Source: Candidatus Eiseniibacteriota bacterium
Lineage (GTDB): Bacteria > Eisenbacteria > RBG-16-71-46
Direction: 5' to 3'
DNA length: 64,000 nt
Assembly (NCBI GenBank): GCA_963744995.1
Contig: CAVUWA010000001.1
Location: forward strand, 96,001 to 160,000
Made by a program: the position numbers and the translations under genes. This document shows positions 52,300 through 63,636 of this stretch, piece after piece; the stretch's first letter is position 1, and every line of letters begins with the position of its first letter. Below the pieces are notes generated by a model that was not told where the DNA came from, made no database searches, and was given only the letters and a program-made list of their open reading frames with translations.

Positions 52300-53256
52300 C
52301 TACCCCCTCTCCGGCGCCGCGCTGCCCATGCCCAGGGCCGCCAGCGTCTCTTCGAGCGAAGCGGGATCCTCGACGTTCCAGCTCTTCGCCTCGCGGTCGA
52401 TCGAGCGCAGGAGGCCGCGCAGCACCTTGCCGGTCCCGGCCTCGATGAAGCCGTTCAGCCCCTGGCCGAGCAGCAGCCGCATCGAATCCTCCCAGCGCAC
52501 GGCGCCGAGCAGCTGGCGCTGGAGCGCATCGCGGATCTCGCCGGCGCGCCGCACCGGGCGCGCATCCACGTTGCAGATCACCGGACACGAAGCGTCGCGC
52601 AGCGGCACCTCGGCGAGCGCCTCGGCAAGCCCGGCGGCGGCCGATTCCATGAGCGGCGAATGGAACGCCCCGCTCACCACCAGCCGGATCGCACGCTTCG
52701 CCCCGCGCTCCTTCGCGATCGCGCAGGCGCGGTCCACGGCCTCGACCTCGCCCGAGATCACCACCTGCCCGGGCGCGTTGAGATTGGCCGCCACCACGAC
52801 ACCGGCGTCCGCCGCGTCACGGCAGACGCCGTCCACCGCTTCGCGATCGAGGCCGAGCAGCGCCGCCATGCCCCCGGGCCGCTGGATGCCGGCCTCGTAC
52901 ATGAGCTGGCCGCGGCGATGCACGAGCCGCAGCGCATCCTCGAACGTTAGCGCGCCGGCGGCGACGCACGCCGAGTACTCGCCGAGACTGTGGCCGGCGG
53001 TGAACGCCGAAGTCACGCCCGCGGCCTCGAGCAGCCGCCAGGCCGCGACGCTGTGGGCGAGCAGCGCGGGCTGCGCGTGGTGGGTCTTCCTGAGCTCGTC
53101 CTCGGGCCCCTCCCACATGACGCCCGTGAGGGAAAAGCCGAGCGCGGCGTCGGCCGCTTCGAAGGTCTCTCGAGCGAGCGGATGCGCCTCGGCGAGCGCC
53201 AGCCCCATGCCGACGGCCTGTGCGCCCTGGCCCGGACAGAGGAGCGCGAGCTTCAC
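52300..53256 (-). CDS. fabD: Malonyl-CoA:ACP transacylase
   Basis: PGQGAQ, AGHSLGEY, SGAFHS; GTGA overlap with fabH. Confidence 0.96.
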   Translation of the reverse strand: MKLALLCPGQGAQAVGMGLALAEAHPLARETFEAADAALGFSLTGVMWEGPEDELRKTHHAQPALLAHSVAAWRLLEAAGVTSAFTAGHSLGEYSACVAAGALTFEDALRLVHRRGQLMYEAGIQRPGGMAALLGLDREAVDGVCRDAADAGVVVAANLNAPGQVVISGEVEAVDRACAIAKERGAKRAIRLVVSGAFHSPLMESAAAGLAEALAEVPLRDASCPVICNVDARPVRRAGEIRDALQRQLLGAVRWEDSMRLLLGQGLNGFIEAGTGKVLRGLLRSIDREAKSWNVEDPASLEETLAALGMGSAAPERG

Positions 53257-54320
53257 GCCCCGCCTCGCTGCGCGGTGCCGGCGACCGAAGCCTTCCGGGT
53301 GGTGTGCTCGACCGGCATGGTCCAGCGCATGAGGCTCGCGCCCCAGGTCGCACCGCCGCCGAACGCCATGAAGGCGATGCGGTCGCCGACCTTCACGCGC
53401 CCCGCGCGCACGACCTCGTCGAGGCTGATCGGAATCGAGGCCGAAGACGTGTTGCCGTAGCGGGCGATGTTGGAGATCACCTTGTCCTCCGGCAGACCGA
53501 GCCGCTCGCGCACCGCGTCGATGATGCGCTGGTTGGCCTGGTGCGGCACCACCAGATCGAGGTCTTCCGGTCCGATGCCGCCCTCCCCCATCACCGTGCG
53601 CAGGCTCTCTTCCATGGCGCGCACCGCGAACGGGAACAGCTTCTTGCCGTGCATCTTGATGAAGTGCTGGCGCTCCTCGAGCGACGCCTCGCTCGCCGGG
53701 GTGCGCGACCCGCCGGCCGGCACCTCCAGCACGTCGCCGAGATCGCCGTCGCTGTGCATGTCCACCGCGAGGATGCCCTCGCCGGGCGGGCACGGCTGGA
53801 TGACCGCCGCGCCGGCGCCGTCGCCGAACAGCACGCAGGTATTGCGGTCGGAGTAGTCCACGATCCGCGACAGCGTTTCGACTCCGATCACCAGCACCGT
53901 CTCGGCGATGTGCGCCGCGACGAGCCCCTTGGCGAGCCCGAGTCCGTAGACGAACCCGGTGCACGCGGCGAACATGTCGTAGGCCGCGGCGTTCTTCGCG
54001 CCGATCTTCTGCTGCACGGTGCACGCGCACGAGGGCAGGAAGCGGTCGGGCGTCGTGGTCGCGACGATGATCTGGTCCACGTCCAGGGCGGTGAGCCCCG
54101 CCATCTCCAGAGCGCGCAGGCCGGCCGCCGAGGCGAAGTCGGACGAGGCCTCGTCCGCAGCGGCGATGCGCCGTTCGCGAATGCCGGTGCGCTCGAAGAT
54201 CCATTCGTCGGAGGTATCGACCATCTTCTCGAGGTCGGCGTTCGACAGCACGCGCGAAGGCACGCTCATCCCGGTGCCGGTGATGGTCGCGCCCCGAAGG
54301 CCGTCAGGCTGCGGTGACAT
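53253..54320 (-). CDS. fabH: Beta-ketoacyl-ACP synthase III
   Basis: DTSDEWI, AACTGF, LFGDGAGA, PHQAN, GNTSSAS. Confidence 0.96.
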   Translation of the reverse strand: MSPQPDGLRGATITGTGMSVPSRVLSNADLEKMVDTSDEWIFERTGIRERRIAAADEASSDFASAAGLRALEMAGLTALDVDQIIVATTTPDRFLPSCACTVQQKIGAKNAAAYDMFAACTGFVYGLGLAKGLVAAHIAETVLVIGVETLSRIVDYSDRNTCVLFGDGAGAAVIQPCPPGEGILAVDMHSDGDLGDVLEVPAGGSRTPASEASLEERQHFIKMHGKKLFPFAVRAMEESLRTVMGEGGIGPEDLDLVVPHQANQRIIDAVRERLGLPEDKVISNIARYGNTSSASIPISLDEVVRAGRVKVGDRIAFMAFGGGATWGASLMRWTMPVEHTTRKASVAGTAQRGGA

Positions 54321-55329
54321 GATCCGCCTCGATTTCCTCGCGAATGTGAGCGTTGACGCGGGCGTCGATGAACGCGGTCATCGTCCTGACCGCACTGCGG
54401 ATCGCGCGCGGGCTGCTGCTGCCGTGGCCGACGAAGCACACGCCGTCGACCCCGAGCAGCGGCGCCGCGCCGTGTTCCTCCCAGTCCATGCGCCGCGCGA
54501 GCCGGCGGAGCGCGGGCGCCATGAACAGCACGCCGAGCTTCGCCAGCCAGTCGCCGCGCAGCTCTTCGCCGATCATGTGCCGCAGGAGCCCGGCGATGCT
54601 CTCCGCGGTCTTCAGCAGAACGTTGCCGGTGAAGCCGTCGGTCACCACGACGTCGCAGTCGCCCTTGAACACGTCGCGGCCCTCGACGTTGCCGATGAAG
54701 TTCAGATGCCCGGCACGCTTGAGCAGCGGCAGCGCCTCGAGCACCAGCGCGTTGCCCTTGGTGTCCTCTTCCCCGATCGACAGCAGGCCGACGGTGGGAT
54801 CCTTGCGGTCGAGCAGGTAGCGCGCATAGACGGCCCCCATGTGCGCGAACTGGACGAGCCACGCGGGTTTGCACTCCGCATTCGCACCGACGTCGAGGAC
54901 CACTGTGCCCTGGCCGCGGTTCGGCACGAACACCGCGAGGGCAGGGCGGCTCACGCCCTCCAGACGGCCGAGCCCGAGCAGCGCGGTGGCGACCACCGCG
55001 CCGGTGTTGCCGGCGCTGAAGATCGCGTCGAGCTTGCCGTCGCGATGCAGCTGGGTGAGGACCACGAGCGACGACTGGCTCTTGCGTCGCACCGCGGCCG
55101 CCGCCTTCTCGGCCATCTCGATGCGCTCGGGCGCGTGCACGACCTCGATCGGCAGCGACTCGGCCTTGAGCTGACGCAGCGATTCGCGCAGCTCGACCTC
55201 GTCGCCGACCAGGGTGATGTGCAGGCGCCCGGGCATCTCTTTCAGGGCCTGCACCGCTCCCTCGGTGACCGTGCCGGGGCCGAAGTCCCCGCCCATCGCA
55301 TCAATCCCGATCCTGGGGATCGAGCCCAT
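54304..55329 (-). CDS. plsX: Phosphate acyltransferase PlsX
   Basis: IDAMGGDFGP, SAGNTGA, LDVGAN, FIGNVEG, DGFTGN, HGSS. Confidence 0.96.
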   Translation of the reverse strand: MGSIPRIGIDAMGGDFGPGTVTEGAVQALKEMPGRLHITLVGDEVELRESLRQLKAESLPIEVVHAPERIEMAEKAAAAVRRKSQSSLVVLTQLHRDGKLDAIFSAGNTGAVVATALLGLGRLEGVSRPALAVFVPNRGQGTVVLDVGANAECKPAWLVQFAHMGAVYARYLLDRKDPTVGLLSIGEEDTKGNALVLEALPLLKRAGHLNFIGNVEGRDVFKGDCDVVVTDGFTGNVLLKTAESIAGLLRHMIGEELRGDWLAKLGVLFMAPALRRLARRMDWEEHGAAPLLGVDGVCFVGHGSSSPRAIRSAVRTMTAFIDARVNAHIREEIEADHVTAA

Positions 55330-55346
55330 TCGCTCGCCCGCGCCGC

Positions 55347-55529
55347 CTAGACGTCTCGCGGCACGACGACTTCCTGGCCGTCGTAGTAACCGCAGTTGGG
55401 GCAGATCCGGTGCGGCAGCCGCGGACTGCTGCAGTGGCTGCACACGTTGATGCCGGTGCGCTTCAGCTTCCAGTTGGTGCGGCGTTTCCTGCCGCGCGTC
55501 TTCGAATGTCTCCGCTTGGGGACCGCCAT
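55347..55529 (-). CDS. rpmF: 50S ribosomal protein L32 (zinc-ribbon form)
   Basis: MAVPKRRHSK...CSHC...HRICPNCGYY. Confidence 0.97.
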   Translation of the reverse strand: MAVPKRRHSKTRGRKRRTNWKLKRTGINVCSHCSSPRLPHRICPNCGYYDGQEVVVPRDV

Positions 55530-55535
55530 AAAGCC

Positions 55536-56024
55536 CTACTCCTCCGATGTGGAAGCGACTTCACATGCACAGGGCCCTTCGTTGCGGTCGGCGCCGCAGT
55601 TCGGGCACAGGCCCCGGCAGTCTTCGCGACAGTGCGGCGCCATGGGAACGTCCACGAGCAGCGCCTGCCGCGCCGGGTCCCCGAGGTCCACCTGTCGTCC
55701 GTTGAAAAACACCAGATCGTGATCGCGCTCGAGCTCCTGCTCGCTCGCCCCGCGCGTATGTCCCGATCGCTCGGCGAGAACCTCGAGCGGGACCCGCAGA
55801 GGGTACTCGAATGCCCGCAGGCAGCGGACGCATTCCAGCTGCGCCGTCCCCTCGATCGAGCCGCGGATCGAGAGGTTTTCGCCCAGCTTTTCAACCTGAA
55901 ACACACCCCGCACCGGCCCGGTCCAGCCTCCGGGATCGAGCCCGAGGTCCTCGCCCCCGGCTTCGATCTCGATGCGTTCGGAGTCGGTGCGGAGGGTGGC
56001 TACATCAATGGTAAATCCGGACAT
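55536..56024 (-). CDS. yceD: DUF177 / YceD family protein
   Basis: CVRCL, PMAPHCREDCRGLCPNCG; upstream of rpmF. Confidence 0.9.
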   Translation of the reverse strand: MSGFTIDVATLRTDSERIEIEAGGEDLGLDPGGWTGPVRGVFQVEKLGENLSIRGSIEGTAQLECVRCLRAFEYPLRVPLEVLAERSGHTRGASEQELERDHDLVFFNGRQVDLGDPARQALLVDVPMAPHCREDCRGLCPNCGADRNEGPCACEVASTSEE

Positions 56025-56204
56025 ACAAAATATGCCTGTGGACGCAGGACCCAGGCAGGAGCGAACCTAGCACAGGGTCCCCCTGGATTCCAGAACGGGC
56101 GCCGCAGGATACCGGGATACCGGAATGCCGGTCCCGCCCGCCCGTGACGGACGGGAGCGCCCCCCCCGCGGCGTGCCGGGCCGCGGGGCTCGCCACGGCG
56201 CCGC

Positions 56205-56627
56205 CTACCCGGCGACGACCGCGGCGCCGAAGAACAGCTTGAGTTCGCGCTCCGCGCTCGCCGGGCTGTCGGAGGCGTGCACCGAGTTCATCTGCTTGCT
56301 CTTGCCGAATCTCTTCCGCACGGTGCCCTCGGCCGCGGCGGCGGGGTCGGTCGCACCGACCACCTCGCGCAGCTTCGCGACGGCGTCCTCGCGCTCGAGG
56401 CAGACCAGCATGACCTGTCCGGACGTCATGTAGTCGACGAGCTCGCCGAAGAACGGCTTCTCGCGATGCTCGTCGTAGAACGTCTTGGCTTCGTCCCGGG
56501 TGAGGCGGGCGAGCCGCGCCGCGGCGATCCGGAATCCTTGCGCCTCGACGTGGGCGAGGATCGACCCGATCAGGTTCCGCTCGACGGCGTCCGGTTTCAC
56601 GATGAACAGCGTGCGTTGCAGGGCCAC
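56205..56627 (-). CDS. ndk: Nucleoside diphosphate kinase
   Basis: RTLFIVKPDA, FYDEH, YMTSG, NSVHASDS. Confidence 0.97.
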   Translation of the reverse strand: MALQRTLFIVKPDAVERNLIGSILAHVEAQGFRIAAARLARLTRDEAKTFYDEHREKPFFGELVDYMTSGQVMLVCLEREDAVAKLREVVGATDPAAAAEGTVRKRFGKSKQMNSVHASDSPASAERELKLFFGAAVVAG

Positions 56628-56649
56628 GGCTCTGTCTCCTTCGACGGGT

Positions 56650-57683
<1,034 letters not shown>

Positions 57684-57687
<4 letters not shown>

Positions 57688-58826
57688 GCCGTCACCTCCT
57701 GCGCCTTTTCGATCACCATGCGCACGGCTTCATCCATCTGGGTCGTCGCCCCGAGTCCGTTCTCGGACAGAATCTGGCGCGCGAGGTCCTCGTTGGTGCC
57801 GGTCAGGCGGATCACCAGCGGCACTTCGAGCGGTTTCTTCTCCAGCGACTGCACGATGCCGTTGGCGACGTCGTCGCAGCGGGTGATGCCGCCGAAGATG
57901 TTGAACAGGATCGCGCGTACGCCGCGGGTGTCGCCGGTGATGATGTCGAGCGCCGCCGTCACCTTCTCCGGGCTCGACGAGCCGCCGATGTCGAGGAAGT
58001 TGGCCGGCTCGCCGCCGTAGTGCTTGACCAGGTCCATGGTCGCCATCGCGAGCCCGGCGCCGTTGACGACGCAGCCGATGTCACCGTCGAGTTTCACGTA
58101 GGAGAGCCCCTTTTCGCGCGCCAGCCGCTCGCCCGGGCTCTCGTCCTCGGGGTCGCGCCAGGTGCCCCACTCGCGATGCCGAAACGCGGCGTTGTCGTCG
58201 AGGCTCACCTTGGCGTCCAGCGCGATCACCCGCCCTTCGGGGGTCACGATCAGCGGATTGATCTCGGCGAGCGAGCAGTCGCCGTCGCTGAAGACGCGCC
58301 AGAGCTTGAGCAGCACGTCCGCGGCCTGCGCGACCAGGCGGCCGTCCTCGAGAATCGGCTGGAACAGCTCGCGCGCCTGGTAGGCGCGCAGGCCTTCGAG
58401 CGGAATATGGCGGCGCACGATCTTCTCGGGCGCCGTGCGCGCCACCTCTTCGATCTCCACGCCGCCTTCGGCCGACAGCATGATGAGCGGCAGCTTGCGA
58501 CTCCGATCGAGCACGATCGACAGATACAGTTCGCGCGCGATGTCGGCTGCCTGCGTCACGAGTACCCGGCGCACCGGCAGTCCCTTGATCTCGAGCGCGA
58601 GGATGTCGCGCGCCTTCGCGAAGGCCTCGTCCGGCGAGTGCGCGAGCTTCACGCCACCGGCCTTGCCGCGACCGCCGGCCTGCACCTGCGCCTTGACGAC
58701 GACCGTGCCGCCGATCGAGGCCGCGACGTCGCGCGCCTCTTCGGGCGTCATCGCCACCTGGCCCGGCAGCACCGGCAGCCCGTAGCGGGCGAAGAGTTCC
58801 TTGCCCTGGTACTCGTACAGGTTCAT
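57684..58826 (-). CDS. sucC: Succinyl-CoA synthetase beta subunit
   Basis: [52 protein letters not shown]. Confidence 0.97.
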
Positions 58827-59108
58827 GGACACTCCATCTCGCGGCGGCCCGCCCCGGAGCTTCCCGGCGGAACCCACCGCGCCATTCGGTGATGGTCGCT
58901 CCGGCCGCGCCGTGCACGGCGGCCGGAATGCTCGAGGCGGCGCCGTCGCTCGATGCAACGAATCGAGCCTCGCGCGCCGGTCATGCGAACTCCTGTCGGG
59001 AGAAGGCCGGCTGCGGGCGCCGGACGTGCCGGAACGCAACGCAGCCATCGCGCGGACCCCCTCGAGCGGGTCGCTACCGAACGGGGTCCGGGCGGAAAAG
59101 GACGCGAT

Positions 59109-59137
59109 ACGTTAAGCGCCGGGCCGCGCAGAATCAA
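59109..59137 (-). promoter_or_regulatory. Putative sigma-70 promoter of sucCD
   Basis: TTGATT-N17-TAACGT in an AT-richer patch. Confidence 0.5.
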
Positions 59138-59163
59138 GCCGCGGCGGGGCGGGCGCACCACGT

Positions 59164-59649
59164 TCAGCCGTCGAGCGCCGACCGGCCCCGGGCGATCCGC
59201 TCGGCGAGCGCGCTGGTGCTGTGGCCCGCGCGGATCGGGATGCTGAGGACCCTGCCGCCGTACTGCTCGACGAACTCGCGGCCGACGATCCGCTCCAGCG
59301 GCCAGTCGCCGCCTTTCGCCAGCACGTCGGGGCGCACCGCCTCGATCAGCCGCGCCGGCGTGTCGTCGTCGAAGACCACCACCAGATCCACGCTGCGCAG
59401 CGCGGCCAGCACCGCGACCCGGTCTTCGGCCTTGACCAGCGGGCGCGCGGCGCCCTTCAGACGCCGCACCGAAGCGTCGCCGTTCACGCCGACCACCAGG
59501 CGGTCGCCGAGCGCGCGCGCTTCGGCCAGGTATTCCACGTGGCCGCGGTGCAGGAGATCGAAGACGCCGTTCGTGAACACGATGCGCTCGCCGGCCGCGC
59601 GCCAGGCGTCGATCGTGCGGCGCGCAGCGGGAGCGAGCACGCCGTTCAC
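59164..59649 (-). CDS. rfaE2: D-glycero-beta-D-manno-heptose 1-phosphate adenylyltransferase
   Basis: [43 protein letters not shown]. Confidence 0.95.
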   Translation of the reverse strand: MNGVLAPAARRTIDAWRAAGERIVFTNGVFDLLHRGHVEYLAEARALGDRLVVGVNGDASVRRLKGAARPLVKAEDRVAVLAALRSVDLVVVFDDDTPARLIEAVRPDVLAKGGDWPLERIVGREFVEQYGGRVLSIPIRAGHSTSALAERIARGRSALDG

Positions 59650-60668
59650 GCCCGCGGCGCCGGCGCGCGGGGCGGCGTCTCGGAGAGCGAGGCGAGCAAC
59701 GCCTGCGGGGAGCAGGTCGCCGTGCCGACCTCGCGGATCACGACGCCGGCCGCGTGATTCGCCAGCAGGCAGGCGGCGGCGAAGTCGGCGCCCGCAGCGA
59801 GCGCCGCCGCGACCACGCTCACGACCGTGTCGCCCGCGCCGGTGACGTCGAATACCTCGCGCGCCACGGTCGGCAGGTGGGTGTAGGCGCCGCCGCGTTC
59901 GAACAGGCTCATGCCGTCGGCGCCGCGGGTGACCAGCAGGGCCTCGGCGTCGAGACGCTGCTGCAGCCCCCAGCCCACCTCCATGAGGCTCGCCTCGTCC
60001 ACCACGCGGCGGCCCTGCACGTAGCCGGCCTCGTGCTGGTTGGGGGTGAGGATGCTCACGCCGCGATAGGCCTCGATGTGGCTCTCCTTGGGATCCACGC
60101 TCACCGCCACGCTGCGGCGGCGCGCCGCGGCGAGCGCGACGTCCAGGGTCGCGGCGGTGATCACACCCTTGCCGTAGTCGCTGACGATCAGCCCGTCGGC
60201 GCGCGCGATCTCGCGTTCCAGCACCGCACGGATCTGCTCGAGCGCGGCACCGGACACGTCGTGGCGCCGTTCGCGGTCGGCACGCACCACCTGCTGCGAG
60301 TGGGCGATGATCCGTGTCTTGACCGTCGTCGGGCGGCCCGGGTCGCGCGCGAGGCCCGACGGGTCCACGCCGCGCGCCGCGCAGGCGTCGGCGAGCCGCG
60401 CGCCGTCGGCGTCGTCGCCGGTCGCCCCGACCAGCACCGCCTCGGCGCCGAGCGCGCGCAGGTTGACGGCCACGTTGGCGGCGCCGCCGAGCGCCATCGT
60501 CTCGCGCTCGACCTCGACCACCGGCACCGGGGCTTCCGGGGAGATCCGTTCGACCCGGCCCCAGAGGTAGCGGTCGATCATGCAGTCGCCGAGCACCACC
60601 AGCCGGCGCCCGGCGATGGCCTCCACGGTCCGCCGCAACCGATCGGGATCGAAACGGGTTTCGCTCAT
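59646..60668 (-). CDS. rfaE1: D-glycero-beta-D-manno-heptose 7-phosphate kinase
   Basis: [39 protein letters not shown]. Confidence 0.95.
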   Translation of the reverse strand: MSETRFDPDRLRRTVEAIAGRRLVVLGDCMIDRYLWGRVERISPEAPVPVVEVERETMALGGAANVAVNLRALGAEAVLVGATGDDADGARLADACAARGVDPSGLARDPGRPTTVKTRIIAHSQQVVRADRERRHDVSGAALEQIRAVLEREIARADGLIVSDYGKGVITAATLDVALAAARRRSVAVSVDPKESHIEAYRGVSILTPNQHEAGYVQGRRVVDEASLMEVGWGLQQRLDAEALLVTRGADGMSLFERGGAYTHLPTVAREVFDVTGAGDTVVSVVAAALAAGADFAAACLLANHAAGVVIREVGTATCSPQALLASLSETPPRAPAPRA

Positions 60669-60677
60669 CGGCGGCGC

Positions 60678-60764
60678 ACGCTACACCCCGCCCCACACCG
60701 GGTCAAAAGACGGCCCCCGCGCCCATCGACACACTTGACGCGCCCTTCGTCGTCCGCCTAGCTT
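60678..60764. promoter_or_regulatory. Back-to-back divergent sigma-70 promoters (rfaE1 and GNAT gene)
   Basis: Minus: TTGACC-N17-TAGCGT (60706-60678); plus: TTGACG-N18-TAGCTT (60735-60764). Confidence 0.6.
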
Positions 60765-60771
60765 GCCCATC

Positions 60772-61710
60772 ATGCCGACTGAAATCCGCCATGCTTCCGC
60801 GGCCGACGCCGCGTCCATCCACGCCCTCGCGACGGATCCCTCGCTGCGCGACCACTTTGACAGCTTCCAGAGCGAAGAGGGCGTGCACCACGATCTGGTG
60901 AACCCGCTGGTCGCGCCGGCGATGACCCATCTGGCCTCGGTGGACGGCAGGCCGGCGGGATTCATCGCCGGCTACGCCGTGCGCCCGTCTGGAAGCCCGG
61001 GCTGGGCGTTCCTGCGTCTGGGCGTCGCCGGGTGGGCCCGGCGCCGCGGCGTCGGCCGCGCGCTGCTCGCGGCCGCCGCGCGCGCCGCGCGCGGTGCGGG
61101 CGTGCTCGGCGCAGGCGGCGAACTGCTGCTGCCGATGGAGGACTTCTCGGCCGAGGGCCAGGCGTTCGCGACCTGCTTCGGTTTCCGCATCGACCGTTAC
61201 TTCTATCGCATGCGCCGGCCCGCGGGGCCGATCGCGCCGCCCGCCTGGCCTCCGGGCGTCACCGTGCGCGTGTTCGACGGCTCCGCCGGCGCGATCGAGG
61301 ACTGGAACGCCGTCTACGAAGCGTCGTTCGCAGCGCACTACCGGCCCGTGCCGAGCACCCCGGACCTTTGCCGGCGCATCGCCGCAGCGCCGGACTTCCT
61401 CGCCGACGGACTGGCGCTGGCCTACCGTGACGGCCGCTGCGTCGGCTTCTGCCGCAACGAGACGATCGGCGACATGGGCGTGATCGGTCTGCTGGGCGTG
61501 GCGCCCGCGGCGCGCCGCAGCGGCCTCGGCCGTGCGCTGCTGCGCTGGGGCGTGACCTACTTCGACGATCCGCGCTGGAGCGGCGTGGGCCTCGGCGTCG
61601 ACGGCGAGAACGAGAACGCCACGGCGCTCTACCGCTCCGAGGGCTTCGTCATCGACCGCCGCCGCCAGATCTGGGCCGGCTCGATGGACGCGGTCGCGGG
61701 CGGCCGCTGA
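60772..61710 (+). CDS. Tandem-domain GNAT N-acetyltransferase
   Basis: Two acetyl-CoA motifs (VAGWARRRGVGRALL; VAPAARRSGLGRALL) and ENENATALYRSEGF. Confidence 0.9.
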   Translation: MPTEIRHASAADAASIHALATDPSLRDHFDSFQSEEGVHHDLVNPLVAPAMTHLASVDGRPAGFIAGYAVRPSGSPGWAFLRLGVAGWARRRGVGRALLAAAARAARGAGVLGAGGELLLPMEDFSAEGQAFATCFGFRIDRYFYRMRRPAGPIAPPAWPPGVTVRVFDGSAGAIEDWNAVYEASFAAHYRPVPSTPDLCRRIAAAPDFLADGLALAYRDGRCVGFCRNETIGDMGVIGLLGVAPAARRSGLGRALLRWGVTYFDDPRWSGVGLGVDGENENATALYRSEGFVIDRRRQIWAGSMDAVAGGR

Positions 61711-61725
61711 GCCGGACGCCGCGGC

Positions 61726-62400
61726 TCAGCGCGCGAAGTCGAAGCGCTGTCGGCACCACACCGCGACCGGCTCGCCGCCCTTGAGCGCCGGGAAGAACGC
61801 CATGCTGCGCGCGCACGCGATCGCCGCATGGACGAGCGCGCTGTCGGTCGCGCCGCCCGACCACACGGCATCCCGCACGGCGCCCGTCTCGTCCACCTCG
61901 ACGTCGAGCTCGACGGAGGCCGGAAGCGACGCGCCCGCGGGCACCGCGATGCGCCCCGTGCGGCGCGGTATGGGCGGCTTCAACCCGGGCTCGATCGCGA
62001 GCGCGGGCGGTGCAGGCGCGCCTTCGGGAACCGCGGGCGGCGCCGCCGGCAGCGGCGGATCGGGCGCCGCGGGTCTGGACGGCGTGACGCGGAGCGCCCA
62101 CACCGCGGGCGGCGGCCGGACCGGCAGCGCGCTCCCCCGGCTCGAGTCCGCGAGCCATTCGACCGGCAGCGCAAAGGCGCTGTCCGCCGCTGCAGCGCCT
62201 GCGCGCGGCGCCGCCCGTTCGCGCGGTGCACAGGCGCCGAGCGCGAGCGCGAGCAGCACGGCGCCCGCCGTCCGGCCGCGCCACCGGCGGCGGCGCGCCT
62301 GGAGCGAGCACGAACCACACGGCGAACCGGCTCGCACGCCGGCGCGCGCCGCACGGCGCAACCTTGAGCGACTCGGAAGCGTGGGATATTCTGAAGGCAA
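61726..62400 (-). CDS. TonB C-terminal-domain protein with Pro-rich linker; start uncertain
   Basis: VELDVEVDETGAV...AAIACARSMAFFPALKGGEPVAVW...FDF; LALGAC lipobox-like segment. Confidence 0.65.
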   Translation of the reverse strand: MPSEYPTLPSRSRLRRAARAGVRAGSPCGSCSLQARRRRWRGRTAGAVLLALALGACAPRERAAPRAGAAAADSAFALPVEWLADSSRGSALPVRPPPAVWALRVTPSRPAAPDPPLPAAPPAVPEGAPAPPALAIEPGLKPPIPRRTGRIAVPAGASLPASVELDVEVDETGAVRDAVWSGGATDSALVHAAIACARSMAFFPALKGGEPVAVWCRQRFDFAR

Positions 62401-62453
62401 TTCGACACCCCTTGCGGCGAACGAGCCGCCTCCCGCCGCAGATCGAGGAGCCC

Positions 62454-63470
62454 ATGAATTCGCGCGAACGAGTGATGGCCGCCGTCCGTGGTGAACCCGT
62501 CGACCGGCCGCCCGTCTCGTTCTGGGGCCACTTCTACCACCGCGAGTCGTCCGCCCGCGAGCTCGTCGACGCGACGGTGGAGTTCCAGACCGAGTACGGC
62601 TGGGACTGGGTCAAGCTGAACCCGCGCAAGCACTACCACGTCGAGCCATGGGGGGTCAGCTACCGCTACTACGACAGCGCGACGCAGAAGCCGACCCTGG
62701 AGAGCTGGCCGGTGCACCAGCCGGCGGACTGGGCGGCGATCGCCGAGCGGCCGCACGATCAGGGCGCGCTGGGCGAGCAGCTCGACGCCGTGCACCTGCT
62801 GCGCAGGAGCCTCCCGGCGGAGATCCCGGTCATCGAGACGGTGTTTACGCCGCTCGCCGTGCTCGGCGAAATGGTCGAGGAGCCGGGCGAGCTGCGCCTG
62901 CACATGCGCACCCATCCGAACGCGGTGCGCGGCGCGCTCGAAGCCGTCACCCGCACCTACGAGCGCTACGTCGCGGAAGTTCTCGCCCAGGGCGTCGACG
63001 GCATCTACTTCGCCACCGTGGACTGGGCCTCGCGGGACCTGCTGAGCGCCGAGGAATACCGCGAGTGGGCGCGCCCCTACGACCTGCGCGTCCTCGAGAT
63101 CGTGAAGGAGGCGCCGTTCAACGTCGTGCACGTCTGCAAGCGTCGCAACCTGCTCTACGAATTCGCGGACTATCCGGTGCAGGCGTTCTCGTGGTCGGCG
63201 ACCGATCCGCTGAACCCGACGCTGGCCGACGCACTCAAGCACCTGCCGGGCGGCCTGATGGGCGGCATCTCCCACGAGGAGTCGCTGCTCGAGCACAGTC
63301 CCAACGCCGTCCTGCGCGAATTGAGCCAGGGGTTTACGATGACCGGCGGACGCCGCTGGCTCGTCGCCCCCGGTTGTTCCATTCCTCCCGCCACGCCGGC
63401 CGCCAATCTCAAGGCGCTGCGCGAGGCGGTGGAGAATCTGCGCCCCGCATCGGAGGGGGCGCAGCCATAG
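62454..63470 (+). CDS. Uroporphyrinogen-decarboxylase-fold protein (MtaA/CmuA-like, not canonical HemE)
   Basis: MNSRERV...GEPVDRPPV, GVDGIYF, HVC, GGI, APGC; start after GAGGAG. Confidence 0.82.
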   Translation: MNSRERVMAAVRGEPVDRPPVSFWGHFYHRESSARELVDATVEFQTEYGWDWVKLNPRKHYHVEPWGVSYRYYDSATQKPTLESWPVHQPADWAAIAERPHDQGALGEQLDAVHLLRRSLPAEIPVIETVFTPLAVLGEMVEEPGELRLHMRTHPNAVRGALEAVTRTYERYVAEVLAQGVDGIYFATVDWASRDLLSAEEYREWARPYDLRVLEIVKEAPFNVVHVCKRRNLLYEFADYPVQAFSWSATDPLNPTLADALKHLPGGLMGGISHEESLLEHSPNAVLRELSQGFTMTGGRRWLVAPGCSIPPATPAANLKALREAVENLRPASEGAQP

Positions 63471-63491
63471 GCTTCGTCCGAGGACGAAGCC
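63470..63491. repeat. Perfect 10-bp inverted repeat after the stop codon
   Basis: GGCTTCGTCC-GA-GGACGAAGCC; no U tract. Confidence 0.6.
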
Positions 63492-63636
63492 GGCAGACTG
63501 CCGAGTCCGCCGGAGGCGGAGCGGCGGGGAGCGCGCGCGCGGATCTCGTTCCGCGACCGGGAAGCGCGTGAGCCACCGCGGCCCTCCGCGCCTTCGGGAG
63601 CCTGCGCGGAGTCACGAGAACGAAGGAGGTGCCGCG

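Noticed and set aside
59164..60696. Apparent fused HldE-length ORF
   Set aside because: Kinase and adenylyltransferase are in different frames joined by a GTGA overlap; the split form is common
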